35,560 nt of DNA, taken from positions 1 to 35,560 of the IMG/VR virus record IMGVR_UViG_3300031519_005598, one strand, 5' to 3'. This document shows, piece by piece, positions 1 through 9,136 of the stretch (within the stretch, counting starts at the first letter, position 1; each line of letters begins with the position of its first letter). The DNA is from a virus (taxonomy: Duplodnaviria > Caudoviricetes). A program made the position numbers and the translations under genes. The notes beneath the pieces are model-generated. The model made no database searches, was not told where the DNA came from, and was given only the letters and a program-made list of their open reading frames with translations.

Positions 1-3000
1 AAGTTACTGGTGATGATTCAGTTACAGTAGTAGACCTAGTTTCGTCTATCCATAAGTAATTTACACCAGAGTTTCTTACCCACGCTACATGATGCCAACG
101 TTCATCTACTGGTAAAGTTAAAGACAGTAAATCATCTATATAGCCGTCTACTTCTATTTTATTATCTTTATATCTTATTTTCATTTTTCTAATACCAGAG
201 AAAACATTGGTTATTTCTAGTATTGTACGAGCAGTTGACCTGTCTATAGACTTATACCAGAATTCTATTGTAAAGTCTCCAGCAAAACTTAAGGTATTTG
301 GTGTGTCGTAACTAAGAAAATCTGGAGACAATGGATTTACTGCGCTACCAAATTTTCCACCATCCGTGCTAACTGGACGAACAGAAGAATTAGTTTGGAA
401 TGTCATATTATTCTTAGAGTAATCTTTGAAGAATGATGTTCTTTCTCCACCAATATCTTCAACGTCTCCATTAAAATGTCCCAAGAATTCTACGTTACAA
501 TAATTTGGATCTATAAGGGCTACAGGAGTTGCTGGACTACTTGTTGGACTGTACGCACTAGCACCAAAAGCATTAACGGCTTTAACTCTATACACCCGTT
601 GAGATGCAGTACTAGATGTGTAAGATATTATCCTTGTTTTTGGTGGATCTAAAGATTCTTTATATGTAAGGGCAGTCCATGTGGTTCCACTATTAATAGA
701 TTCTTCCAATATGTAATATTTTACACCGTCTATAAGTGAAGAATTATTTACCCACGTTATTTCTAATTCATAGTGTCCAGCTTTTGTTGAGTCGTTTGCA
801 TTTTTAGCTGTAATACTTGTTGGAGCATTAGGATAATAAGAGAAAACGCCTACGATAGAATGTGTTCCACCAGCGTTAGGCTTAGACCAGTTTATGTCAT
901 TTACAATCTGAGTAATATGACTTCTATCAAGATAATCACCGAGTCCTAAACCTCCTCTTTCATTACTTCCAGCAGACCACAAATTTCTATATTGATCAAC
1001 TAATAAAGTATGATTAGATCCAGCAGATATTTCTGACCATACTGCACCTTCTAGTCTAATAGGATAATTTCTATTTGTCTTGTCTCCCAACCCGAGCTTA
1101 CCGTGTTCGTTAGAACCAAACACAAAAACTTCTTTATCTTCATTTAGCAAGATAGAATAGCCATTACCAGCAGATATATCTGTAATCTTTTTACTAAGTA
1201 CATCATAATGTAACAAGTCCTTACTCCCAGCGTGTGTTAGCTTTCTACTGTATAAACTCATTGATCCAAAGTCTTTATCTACAGTTATAGTAACGTCCCC
1301 TGCGTAAAAATTGTATGTACCATCGTTTTCAGTTCCAGTAATTGTGGTTGTTTCTTGTAGTATTGTTCCTGTGACTGATATTCCATCAACATTATTATTA
1401 AGCAATGTTATAGCGTCACCAGTGGCAATATTATAAAGTATAAAAGATCCGTCGTTTACTACGTATCTATTTCTGGAATTGTAGTCAGAAGTAGAAGTTT
1501 TAGTAGGTAAGTTTATAACTAAATTGTTACCATCCATCCTTGTGAAACCATCTGGGTCCAAGGTAATTACATTAAAATCACCAAGAGACTCTTGAGTTCC
1601 TGTAATCTGTGTAAACTTAAGTCTATCTACCGTGTCTTTGTGTCCCAATTGTCCAAAATCATTTTGACCACAAGACCACGCTTTGCCTTGAGAATCTAAA
1701 GCTAGTGAATGATAGTTTCCCGCAGAAACTTTGCTCCAAGAATTACTGTCTACTAATTTTGGTTTGCTGTAATTTGTATGTGAGTTATCGCCAAGTTGTC
1801 CAAATGTGTTGTTACCCCAAGAGTAAAGTTGATCTCTTTTTATACCCATCATGTGCTGTTGACCAGCAGAAACATCAGACCAGCCGCCGTCAGGATCTAC
1901 ATACTTAAATATGTTTTCTCCACCAGCGAATCCGTTGTCCAACGATCTGATACTTACGGTTCCATAATCTCCAGAAACATTTATTGTCATATTTCCAGAG
2001 TAGAAAGGGTATTTAACATTATCAACAACTCCACTGTTTACAAAATATTGACCACTATAAGAAATTTTATTATCATTGATAGTACTATTGTCTTCGTGGT
2101 TTGCTCCTATGATAGCCATAGCATGTCCAGAATTAGGAACATTTAATATTTTGTGTTCACCAAGCCTGTTCATAATAAAATGATGCGTTCCAACATAGCT
2201 ACTATTTATAATGTTGAAGTCGTATTTATTATCAGATAAGGTCACGCCGATACCTTCTGAATAATTAAAAGGTATATTTCTTTTACCAGACTCTTTAGAT
2301 ACTAAAATTAGGTTATCTCTCTGCGCTGTGTCTCCAAGACCTAAAGATCCGTAAGCATTATTACCTACCGTATAAAGTCTTCCATCATTATTTGTAATGG
2401 CAGCTGTATTGTTCGCACCAGCTGAAACGCCACTGTAAGCAAGATTAGAAAATGCAAATTTAGTTTTAGATGCGTCTTCTTCATACGCCGTATCTACCTC
2501 AGTAAATACTTTTTTATTTTTATTAGGACCACTATCACCCTGTCCTAATTGACCATAATAATTATAGCCAACTGTGTAAAGTTTTTTTGTATCAGACACA
2601 CCAGCAGAATGATAATTACCAGCCGACAAATTGTCCCAGTTTTCGCTATCGTCTATTATCTTTGGTTTATTTTCATCATTATTATTATTCTGAGACAATT
2701 GACCAAACTGATTTCCACCAAAAGAATAAGCTTCATCAATTTCTGGGATGGGTTCTGGAGCTGCCGTTGTAGTAGCCAGAACTTCATTTACAGTATAAGC
2801 CGTAATATATAGTTTGACACTTGGGGTTAATGTAACATCTCCACCAACAGCTGATAATTGAATTAAAACAAAATTATCCACAACAGTGTAACTATAATCT
2901 ATTCTGCAATTAGTAGGAAGTCCCGTATCAGTATTAGTAATTACAAAATAATCATTTACTGATTTAAGACCTTCAAAACTTATTGGCATTAAAAACGTAT

Positions 3001-3226
3001 TACCATTAGTAATGTTGGGAATAGTTGTTACAACCGCTATTGTTTTCTGTGTTCTAGTAGATATAAACTCAGGAAGATTTCTCCAAGCAGTTTGACCATC
3101 ACCAATTTTAAGAACATTGGTATCTGTAGCAAAAGCAGATTCCCCTGCTTTTAAAATCGGGTTAGCTTTATCTAAATTGTTTTGCGTAGCCCGTCTAAAT
3201 TGTATATGTTTATAAGATGCGCTCAC
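1..3226 (-). CDS. Large tail fibre / receptor-binding-like virion protein (Mtd_N-like N-terminus, RCC1 repeats, FN3, LamG/ConA-like domain); 3' end lies beyond window start
   Basis: Not in the ORF track because it is truncated. GTG start overlaps the upstream TAG (TAGTG at 3224-3228). Manual translation of several segments in one frame gives IQFRRATQNNLDKANPILKAGESAFATDTNVLKIGDGQTAWRNLP (Mtd_N-like), RCC1 blades (ISAGNGYSILL..VFVFGSNEHGKLGLGD; WSAGSNERGGLGLGD), FN3 (PNAPTSITA..YRVKAVNAFGAS) and LamG (GDFTIEFWYK..WHHVAWVRNSG). Confidence 0.85.
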   Translation of the reverse strand, partial: MSASYKHIQFRRATQNNLDKANPILKAGESAFATDTNVLKIGDGQTAWRNLPEFISTRTQKTIAVVTTIPNITNGNTFLMPISFEGLKSVNDYFVITNTDTGLPTNCRIDYSYTVVDNFVLIQLSAVGGDVTLTPSVKLYITAYTVNEVLATTTAAPEPIPEIDEAYSFGGNQFGQLSQNNNNDENKPKIIDDSENWDNLSAGNYHSAGVSDTKKLYTVGYNYYGQLGQGDSGPNKNKKVFTEVDTAYEEDASKTKFAFSNLAYSGVSAGANNTAAITNNDGRLYTVGNNAYGSLGLGDTAQRDNLILVSKESGKRNIPFNYSEGIGVTLSDNKYDFNIINSSYVGTHHFIMNRLGEHKILNVPNSGHAMAIIGANHEDNSTINDNKISYSGQYFVNSGVVDNVKYPFYSGNMTINVSGDYGTVSIRSLDNGFAGGENIFKYVDPDGGWSDVSAGQQHMMGIKRDQLYSWGNNTFGQLGDNSHTNYSKPKLVDSNSWSKVSAGNYHSLALDSQGKAWSCGQNDFGQLGHKDTVDRLKFTQITGTQESLGDFNVITLDPDGFTRMDGNNLVINLPTKTSTSDYNSRNRYVVNDGSFILYNIATGDAITLLNNNVDGISVTGTILQETTTITGTENDGTYNFYAGDVTITVDKDFGSMSLYSRKLTHAGSKDLLHYDVLSKKITDISAGNGYSILLNEDKEVFVFGSNEHGKLGLGDKTNRNYPIRLEGAVWSEISAGSNHTLLVDQYRNLWSAGSNERGGLGLGDYLDRSHITQIVNDINWSKPNAGGTHSIVGVFSYYPNAPTSITAKNANDSTKAGHYELEITWVNNSSLIDGVKYYILEESINSGTTWTALTYKESLDPPKTRIISYTSSTASQRVYRVKAVNAFGASAYSPTSSPATPVALIDPNYCNVEFLGHFNGDVEDIGGERTSFFKDYSKNNMTFQTNSSVRPVSTDGGKFGSAVNPLSPDFLSYDTPNTLSFAGDFTIEFWYKSIDRSTARTILEITNVFSGIRKMKIRYKDNKIEVDGYIDDLLSLTLPVDERWHHVAWVRNSGVNYLWIDETRSTTVTESSPVT

Positions 3227-4146
3227 TAAAATACTCCATCTATAGTCCAATCGACTTTTCGTGGTGGGAAACCTTTAACGTCACTAAATGCCCATGCTCC
3301 ATTTTGATTCAACATTCCGTGAGCATCTCTTTCTCTGATCCAAAAACTACCATCTGGCTGACCATGTGCTTTAGGTCCACCATTAAATACACCCCAACTA
3401 TTTTGTATTAAAAATAAAGTTTCATCATAATTTTCTCTAGAATCGTCCATAGCTACCCATGCCATCGCGTGATTCCATGACCCCCTCCTTTGGGCTACTC
3501 CATGTTCATTACGGGTGGAAGAGTAGCCATAATTACTACAAACACTTAAAGCATACCCATTGGCTATAGCATCTCTAGCTTCCTCAACTGTTTTTACAAG
3601 ACTAATTGTTTTAACTTGGTGTTTTTTAGCTTCTTTTCTAACACTATCAGGAACTCCAGACCTTCCCCAATTGGTTCCAGTTCTACTGTTGTATCTTGAT
3701 AGATCGACAAATCCATAATCTTTTCTAACTAAAATACCGCCATTTTGATGAACAAAGCGAGCGGCGACAGAGCATGACATGCCTTGACCACCATGACCGC
3801 GAGAACCATATATGGCCTCTGTCGCTCCCCTCGCCTCAAAACTTTCAGATTGACCTCCAATAATTTCATGGCATCTAGTAACATCAACGGCATTTCTGGT
3901 GGAGTGTGATACACAGTCCCCAGTAGTCTGCCTTTCGTGTTGCCCGAAAGTAGAGTCAAAACTTAATATAGACTTGTAAAGTAAAGCAATTTTACCTTCA
4001 CCACTACTGTATAAGTCTGATGCAGCCACACCAAAAAGAGGATGTGGCAATTCCCCCAACAGTTTATCAGTATCTTCTGGATCGCACCACGATCCTACAA
4101 AGCCTTCATCATAAGATTGAAGTAAATCTCGCGGATTTCTAAACAT
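3226..4146 (-). CDS. Papain-family (C1A-like) cysteine peptidase
   Basis: Q-TTGD-C-VSH catalytic Cys motif, WNHAM catalytic His, IQNSWG catalytic Asn, C-terminal G-x-F-W-I motif. Confidence 0.85.
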   Translation of the reverse strand: MFRNPRDLLQSYDEGFVGSWCDPEDTDKLLGELPHPLFGVAASDLYSSGEGKIALLYKSILSFDSTFGQHERQTTGDCVSHSTRNAVDVTRCHEIIGGQSESFEARGATEAIYGSRGHGGQGMSCSVAARFVHQNGGILVRKDYGFVDLSRYNSRTGTNWGRSGVPDSVRKEAKKHQVKTISLVKTVEEARDAIANGYALSVCSNYGYSSTRNEHGVAQRRGSWNHAMAWVAMDDSRENYDETLFLIQNSWGVFNGGPKAHGQPDGSFWIRERDAHGMLNQNGAWAFSDVKGFPPRKVDWTIDGVF

Positions 4147-4150
4147 TTTG

Positions 4151-4372
4151 TTACTCCGGTACGTTATTCTTTGCCCATCTGACCAATGTATTAATTACCA
4201 CTGCGGCAATTGGTACAAGCATAACGCCCATGTTGCCAAGATCTAGATCAGCCATATTTTCGCCAAAATAGGTGAGTCCAGCAGCTAATGCAACCAGTGC
4301 GGTATTCTTAGCAATTTCTACTGTGTCTGCTACATTTAAAGTAAATGCTGCCGATTTCTTTTCGTCTGCCAT
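4151..4372 (-). CDS. Small two-TM membrane protein, holin-like
   Basis: 73 aa, two hydrophobic segments (ALVALAAGLTYF; MGVMLVPIAAVVINTLV) and a basic C-terminus (RWAKNN); directly upstream of the peptidase. Confidence 0.55.
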   Translation of the reverse strand: MADEKKSAAFTLNVADTVEIAKNTALVALAAGLTYFGENMADLDLGNMGVMLVPIAAVVINTLVRWAKNNVPE

Positions 4373-4373
4373 T

Positions 4374-4970
4374 TTAAGCCTCTTCTTCTTTAGGTATAAT
4401 ACTAACTAAAAAGCCACCATGCTCTACGTCCGTTATCTTATAAGGATAACCCAACATCCGTATTGGTTTTCCATCTTGTGTTTCTGTTAACTTGCTAAAC
4501 TTCCTATTCATTTTTATGCATGATAAAAATTCTTTTAGTAGTTCATCTCTATCCTCTTCTTTAATCATGGTAAGCCAATCAAAACCTGACACATCATTTG
4601 GATTATCTTTTACATATTTACAAAAATGTGCATTACTCCAAACTGATCTGCCAGCTATATCTGTCTCAAACAACGCCTCATTACTATAGTGTAAAGCAGC
4701 TTTTGTTCTTTGTTCTATTACCTTTTGTCGTCTATCTATTCTGTTAACAGTATCCTTCATATCTATGATAGCATCTTTTAGGCTACTTCCACCATTAGTG
4801 GTTAATTCTTTTTTTATCTCTTCCACAGATTCTTTAAAAAAATCTTGATTGTGGCATAGTTTAACTATAGGTTTTAAGAATTTCTTCCAAACCAACGTAC
4901 AAATACCACCAAGCCCGCCTAATGCGCTAATTATTATTGTTATCATTTCTGGATGCGAAAAATCTATCAA
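4374..4970 (-). CDS. Membrane-anchored protein: N-terminal TM, NGGSSLKD motif and coiled coil, C-terminal PAS domain
   Basis: TM ITIIISALGGLGGICTLVW. PAS signature LFETDIAGRSVWSNAHF..DVSGFDWLTMIKEEDRD resembles the PAS consensus D..G.I...N..F....G....E..G..W...I.P.D. Confidence 0.7.
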   Translation of the reverse strand: MIDFSHPEMITIIISALGGLGGICTLVWKKFLKPIVKLCHNQDFFKESVEEIKKELTTNGGSSLKDAIIDMKDTVNRIDRRQKVIEQRTKAALHYSNEALFETDIAGRSVWSNAHFCKYVKDNPNDVSGFDWLTMIKEEDRDELLKEFLSCIKMNRKFSKLTETQDGKPIRMLGYPYKITDVEHGGFLVSIIPKEEEA

Positions 4971-5001
4971 GGTTTTACTCCTGTGCGCTAAGAATAAAGA
5001 T

Positions 5002-5036
5002 AAGGGTGTACGCCCCCTTGCGGGAGCGTACCCCTT
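5002..5036 (-). terminator. Rho-independent terminator-like hairpin after the 224-aa gene
   Basis: Minus strand AAGGGG-TACGCTCCC-GCAA-GGGGGCGTA-CACCCTT followed by ATCTTTATTCTT; GNRA loop. Confidence 0.75.
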
Positions 5037-5053
5037 GTGCTAAGATGCTGATA

Positions 5054-5728
5054 TTACTCGTTAGAATCAAAAGCCTTATACTCGTCAGTAGTTGGCTTTG
5101 CTAAACCACCAAAGTGGTAAGTAAGTTCACCCGGAACTGATCTGCTAGCGAAGATTTCCGTAGCAACTGCGGCAGTACCGTCAGCTGGGTTAACAAAAGT
5201 AGATGCATTTCCAGCACCAGTACCCTTTGTTCGACCCGGAACTCTTTGCGTAGAAGGGGCAGCAAGGATGTCATAAGCAACGTCAGAAGCACTACCCAAC
5301 GCGCGGGTAGCAATAATACCATAAGTGTCGCTAACGCCTCTAAGACCAACGTTGGCGTTTTCAGCACCAGCGAGATTGAGAGCGTTTGTTGCATCATTAT
5401 TGATTTTTCCAGCAGCTTCAGTGCCAGCAGCTCTAAGGATAAAATTCCTTTCGCCAGCCCGAGCATCTGGGAAGTATGCTAAACCACCAGCACCGCTTGA
5501 TTTAGCTTTTTGGACACCATCTGGATCTGTAGTGGCAGCACCAGTGCCATCATTGGCAAGAACTTTAGAACCGTAATCAGAACCCGTCTTTAATTCATTA
5601 AGGTTAATGTTCTTTGTCATTGGGCTATCCGATGCTGGGTTACCACCTTTTACAACTGTACCACCATTATTAATAGTGCTAGAACTAGTGACAGACGAAG
5701 AACCGTCAGAAACTTGTACTGTAGGCAT
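5054..5728 (-). CDS. Hypothetical Gly/Ala/Thr/Ser-rich protein, probable virion structural or decoration protein
   Basis: 224-aa ORF with GGAG SD, an upstream GTGTATAAT motif and a downstream terminator; composition typical of virion proteins. Confidence 0.55.
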   Translation of the reverse strand: MPTVQVSDGSSSVTSSSTINNGGTVVKGGNPASDSPMTKNINLNELKTGSDYGSKVLANDGTGAATTDPDGVQKAKSSGAGGLAYFPDARAGERNFILRAAGTEAAGKINNDATNALNLAGAENANVGLRGVSDTYGIIATRALGSASDVAYDILAAPSTQRVPGRTKGTGAGNASTFVNPADGTAAVATEIFASRSVPGELTYHFGGLAKPTTDEYKAFDSNE

Positions 5729-5790
5729 AATATATTCTCCTAAAAAATGTTTTTTACAAATTCCCAGTTCCTTTTTTGTCCTAGTCCTAT

Positions 5791-5802
5791 ATAATTATAC
5801 AC
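5791..5802 (-). promoter_or_regulatory. GTGTATA(A/T)-AT-rich motif, candidate phage late promoter
   Basis: GTGTATAATTAT in the intergenic gap; same core upstream of genes at 18966-18972, 23106-23112 and 26130-26136. Confidence 0.4.
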
Positions 5803-6285
5803 TTAATTAAACTTATCTTTCATATTTACGGCTATTTTTTTAAGTTTTTTACGTACAGTTTCACGGCTATATAATCTAGTATTAGCCATTTCGTTAATTG
5901 TCTTATTTTTTATTTTGTCAATAATTAATTCCCGTTCTTCTAGAGTTTTAGCCTCATCTAAAATGTCAATATAGAGCAGACTAGCATCAGAACTGGAAAC
6001 ATTATTGTGCAATTTCTTATTGCAAGGCTTAGACTTCTGTTTAAATTTCAATTCTTTAAGACACTCAATAAAAACACCCTGATACAGATAAGTAGTAAAT
6101 TTAGTGTTTTTATCTGGATTAAAGTTTTTAATAGCTTTCCATAATGCGTTTAATTTGCAGGTATGTATTTCATCTGGGTCTAACTGAGACTTAAATGAAT
6201 TAGAAGCTTTTATCATTATCTTCTTTATATCCTTATCCCGCATGGCATTTTTAATATCAACGTTCATATCATTGCAAAAAATCAT
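5803..6285 (-). CDS. Phage RNA polymerase sigma-70-family factor (regions 2 and 4 only)
   Basis: Region 2 motif LNALWKAIKNFNPDKNTKFTTYLY; region 4 HTH ERELIIDKIKNKTINEMANTRLYSRETVRKKL. Confidence 0.8.
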   Translation of the reverse strand: MIFCNDMNVDIKNAMRDKDIKKIMIKASNSFKSQLDPDEIHTCKLNALWKAIKNFNPDKNTKFTTYLYQGVFIECLKELKFKQKSKPCNKKLHNNVSSSDASLLYIDILDEAKTLEERELIIDKIKNKTINEMANTRLYSRETVRKKLKKIAVNMKDKFN

Positions 6286-6288
6286 AAA

Positions 6289-6696
6289 TTATTCTCCTGT
6301 TAAAATAGTATCTTCAATTCTTTGTCTAACATCCTTAAAGTCAAACATTTTACCAACTCCTATAAAAAATCTATATCGGCTACAAACTTTTAGCAACTCC
6401 ACCCCTTTTATTAAATCTAATTCATTTTTTATTTTGGGTGTGATATCAAAATTTGTATGACCCATCCAACAATCAAAATTTGCTAGCATAGATATATCCT
6501 CTATCAATTGTCTAGACATAGGTATCATCGCATGTCCATCCTCTGTCTCTTCAGAATCTGAATAAGAATCTTGGTATCCTTCATCTTCATCTGATGCTTT
6601 GTCAGATAGCTTATCTAGTATCGAGTCCATTATAGGTGAGCTTATATTCTGTTCTATAATATCCTCATATTTTTGCCATCCTATTTTCTTTTCCAT
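6289..6696 (-). CDS. Hypothetical protein
   Basis: Start trimmed to ATG 6696 (MEKKIGWQ), preceded by GGAGG SD. Confidence 0.7.
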   Translation of the reverse strand: MEKKIGWQKYEDIIEQNISSPIMDSILDKLSDKASDEDEGYQDSYSDSEETEDGHAMIPMSRQLIEDISMLANFDCWMGHTNFDITPKIKNELDLIKGVELLKVCSRYRFFIGVGKMFDFKDVRQRIEDTILTGE

Positions 6697-6704
6697 TTTT
6701 CCTC

Positions 6705-7061
6705 CTAACCTTGCAACATTTGTGAAGGTTTGATGCATGGTTGCGTTTGCGTATCTTTCATAGCGGTTACAATTTTATGACTAACCTGCCTACCAAGGTG
6801 TACATATATTTGTTCTAAAGACTCTTCTTCTTTTGCGTTTATAAATCCTTCTTTTAATATCTCTATAGTTTGCATATATGAATTATCAGAAGCTAGTAAG
6901 TCTAATATTAAACATAACTGCGATATAGAGTACTCATCATAATCTTCTACGGTAACGTCAACAGTTACAACTTTATCTTTTCCTATTTTATATGCTATAC
7001 AAGCAACATATTCTTCCGGGGCTATCTCTTCTGGTGGTTCATCTTTTTTAAAATTAAACAT
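6705..7061 (-). CDS. Hypothetical protein
   Basis: Start trimmed to ATG 7061 (MFNFKK), giving a short overlap with the GT4 stop. Confidence 0.65.
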   Translation of the reverse strand: MFNFKKDEPPEEIAPEEYVACIAYKIGKDKVVTVDVTVEDYDEYSISQLCLILDLLASDNSYMQTIEILKEGFINAKEEESLEQIYVHLGRQVSHKIVTAMKDTQTQPCIKPSQMLQG

Positions 7062-8109
7062 TGTTTGTGATACACTTAGCAGTGTTTCTCCAGTTGAAAT
7101 TATTTGCTGTTTCCACGCCTTTCCCGTTTCGCTTTTTATTTTTATGAACATGCCTCAAATGTTCTACGAACTGCGCTTTTTCATTGTCTCCAATTTTAGC
7201 CCAATTGCCACACTTGCCATTAAACCACTTTCCATCATATGCAGTTTCTTTTTCATTAATGTCTACAAGTAATGCGTTGTCTTTTGTGCAAAATTCAGAA
7301 TGTGCAGAATAATTTGTAGTAATTACTTGTTTGCCACAAGCCAGCATCTCCAACAATTCAAGATTCCAACCTTCTGCTCTAGATGGGAAGATGCCACAGT
7401 CAGCATGAGCCATAATATTATACACTTCTTGATGCATTTTTACTCTTGGGATTAGCTTAATCTTTTCTGATAATTTAGAGTTAAGATATAAATCATGCCA
7501 CTCTTTTTCTTCTGTCTCACTCAGGAAAGGATTGTGACTCATTACCCATAATTCCACATCGTCCTTTTCTTCAAATGCGTCATTAAATAATTCACATAAT
7601 ATATCGTGGCCTTTTCTTACTTCCCATTTTCCGCAGTTAAAAAATATTGTTTTTTCTTTCTCTTCAAAATCAACAGGTTTGAATATGTTTACATCAACAC
7701 CTAGGGGTATTACTTGTATGTCTTTTACTGATGTTTCTGATTCTACCACTTTCTTAGCCCAATCGCAAGTAACGAAGATTGTATCTAAAGAATTTAAGCT
7801 ATGCTTTTCTTGGTCGTTAAACTCGTCTAATTCAAAAAAAGGAAATCCTATGCGTTTACCCCTACCAACAAACTGAGCCATATCGTGCTGATGCCATATC
7901 TTTAAGCATGGAGCATTGTAATCAAATCTTTGAGAGTTATTGACTAATTTTGCCATACACATCATATCTTCTTGGCTTGTCACTTGGGGTTGACCTATAG
8001 GCCATAAACACACATTGTTATCTACATGTAATTCTTTTACTATGTTTAGTCCAGCTACACCATATCCCAAAGGATTTATGGGTGATATTACATTTATATT
8101 TTTATTCAT
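7054..8109 (-). CDS. Glycosyltransferase family 4 (GT-B fold)
   Basis: LGYGVAG N-terminal motif, VIPLGVD, GKWEVRKGHDIL, FPSRAEGWNLELLEMLACGKQVI (EX7E). Confidence 0.88.
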   Translation of the reverse strand: MNKNINVISPINPLGYGVAGLNIVKELHVDNNVCLWPIGQPQVTSQEDMMCMAKLVNNSQRFDYNAPCLKIWHQHDMAQFVGRGKRIGFPFFELDEFNDQEKHSLNSLDTIFVTCDWAKKVVESETSVKDIQVIPLGVDVNIFKPVDFEEKEKTIFFNCGKWEVRKGHDILCELFNDAFEEKDDVELWVMSHNPFLSETEEKEWHDLYLNSKLSEKIKLIPRVKMHQEVYNIMAHADCGIFPSRAEGWNLELLEMLACGKQVITTNYSAHSEFCTKDNALLVDINEKETAYDGKWFNGKCGNWAKIGDNEKAQFVEHLRHVHKNKKRNGKGVETANNFNWRNTAKCITNNV

Positions 8110-8647
8110 TTATCACCTTATTAAAAAAGAACCATCGTTTTAATTTTGCTGTATCTTCACATCTAGACACATCATATAAATATGCTAACAATTTGTCCAT
8201 AGAGCTAAATATATGTTCGTGTGGTAGCATAAAAAATAACCAGTTAGGTGCTAGCATTTTACCTTGTTCACACCATACTAGTATCGGCTTCTTCTGCCTG
8301 TTCGCTGTAGATATTTCTTCGTATGATCCGCACATGTGTACGTTTATATCTATATTTGCTATAACAAAATCAGAAACATCCACACACCTTAAGTCTGCAT
8401 TCCTAATATGACCATATTCTTCTCTGATCTTATTAAACTGTCCAGTTTCTTTATAATAATTTATAATCTGTCTAGTATCTGGGGTTTCTTTTGCTGACTC
8501 TATAGGTTTTTCACATGGATTTAAAACTTTAACGCCAAGTTCTGATAACATTGGAGTAATAGCTTGTCGCCAGCCAACACCTCCGTCTGGAACTCTATCC
8601 ATAGCTCCAACCAAATAAGTTCTCATATCTTTTAAGTTATTAAACAT
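8102..8647 (-). CDS. Nucleoside 2-deoxyribosyltransferase-like / nucleotide N-glycosidase
   Basis: YLVGAM, VLNP, DLRCVDVSDFVIA, GSYEE (catalytic Glu) and KKPILV motifs of the NDT/DNPH1 family. Confidence 0.72.
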   Translation of the reverse strand: MFNNLKDMRTYLVGAMDRVPDGGVGWRQAITPMLSELGVKVLNPCEKPIESAKETPDTRQIINYYKETGQFNKIREEYGHIRNADLRCVDVSDFVIANIDINVHMCGSYEEISTANRQKKPILVWCEQGKMLAPNWLFFMLPHEHIFSSMDKLLAYLYDVSRCEDTAKLKRWFFFNKVINE

Positions 8648-9004
8648 TTAATCCCCTTTTCTAAAAGCTATGTCTATAAACTCTTGTATATTTTTAGGAT
8701 TATCTTCATTGAATATCTGTTTAGTTTTTTGTGTAGCTAATGTCTTTTTGTGACCTAAACTTATCATAACGTTAACACAGTCTATAAACAACTTTCTATC
8801 AATTTTGTCTTTTGGTTTTTGTTTTGGAGCTTCGTTAATAACCGAAACATACACTGGTGGTTGCTCTTGAGGCTGACGATCTATGTAGCCAACAGTAAAC
8901 TTATCAGATATTTTCCAATCGCAGGAAAGAAAATAAAACATCATGCCCAGAATTAAGATTAGTGCTATAAGACCTGAAAAAAACTCGCTTGGTTGCGTAT
9001 TCAT
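8648..9004 (-). CDS. Membrane protein with a C-terminal RuvA domain III-like three-helix domain
   Basis: TM FFSGLIALILILGMMFYFL. C-terminus DCVNVMISLGHKKTLA..NIQEFIDIAFRK resembles RuvA_C (DAVEALVALGY..EA..SVEELIREAL). Start at ATG 9004 after GGAG. Confidence 0.55.
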   Translation of the reverse strand: MNTQPSEFFSGLIALILILGMMFYFLSCDWKISDKFTVGYIDRQPQEQPPVYVSVINEAPKQKPKDKIDRKLFIDCVNVMISLGHKKTLATQKTKQIFNEDNPKNIQEFIDIAFRKGD

Positions 9005-9036
9005 AATAAACTCCTGTGTGTTAGCGTTACAGACTA

Positions 9037-9076
9037 AGTATACTGGAAGTATCGTCATGTGTCAAGCAAAACTTTA
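9037..9076 (-). promoter_or_regulatory. Composite promoter: TTGACA-N17-TATACT overlapped by TAAAGT-N14-GACGATA
   Basis: Read directly; one of five near-identical arrangements. Confidence 0.8.
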
Positions 9077-9113
9077 AAAAAATAGCCCGACAGGGCGAAC
9101 CTAATCGGGCTAT
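9075..9113 (-). terminator. Rho-independent terminator after ssb
   Basis: ATAGCCCGA...TCGGGCTAT stem followed by a T-run on the minus strand. Confidence 0.8.
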
Positions 9114-9136
9114 CTGGGAGCTGAAATATATTAGCT

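Noticed and set aside
3060-3226. Diversity-generating retroelement suggested by the Mtd_N-like domain
   Set aside because: No reverse transcriptase, no TR/VR pair and no C-type lectin variable region visible in the window; Mtd_N-like domains are common in fibres.
3729-5466. Alternate-frame minus-strand ORFs 3729..3959 and 5101..5466
   Set aside because: Fully nested in supported genes; their composition reflects the codon bias of the real frame.
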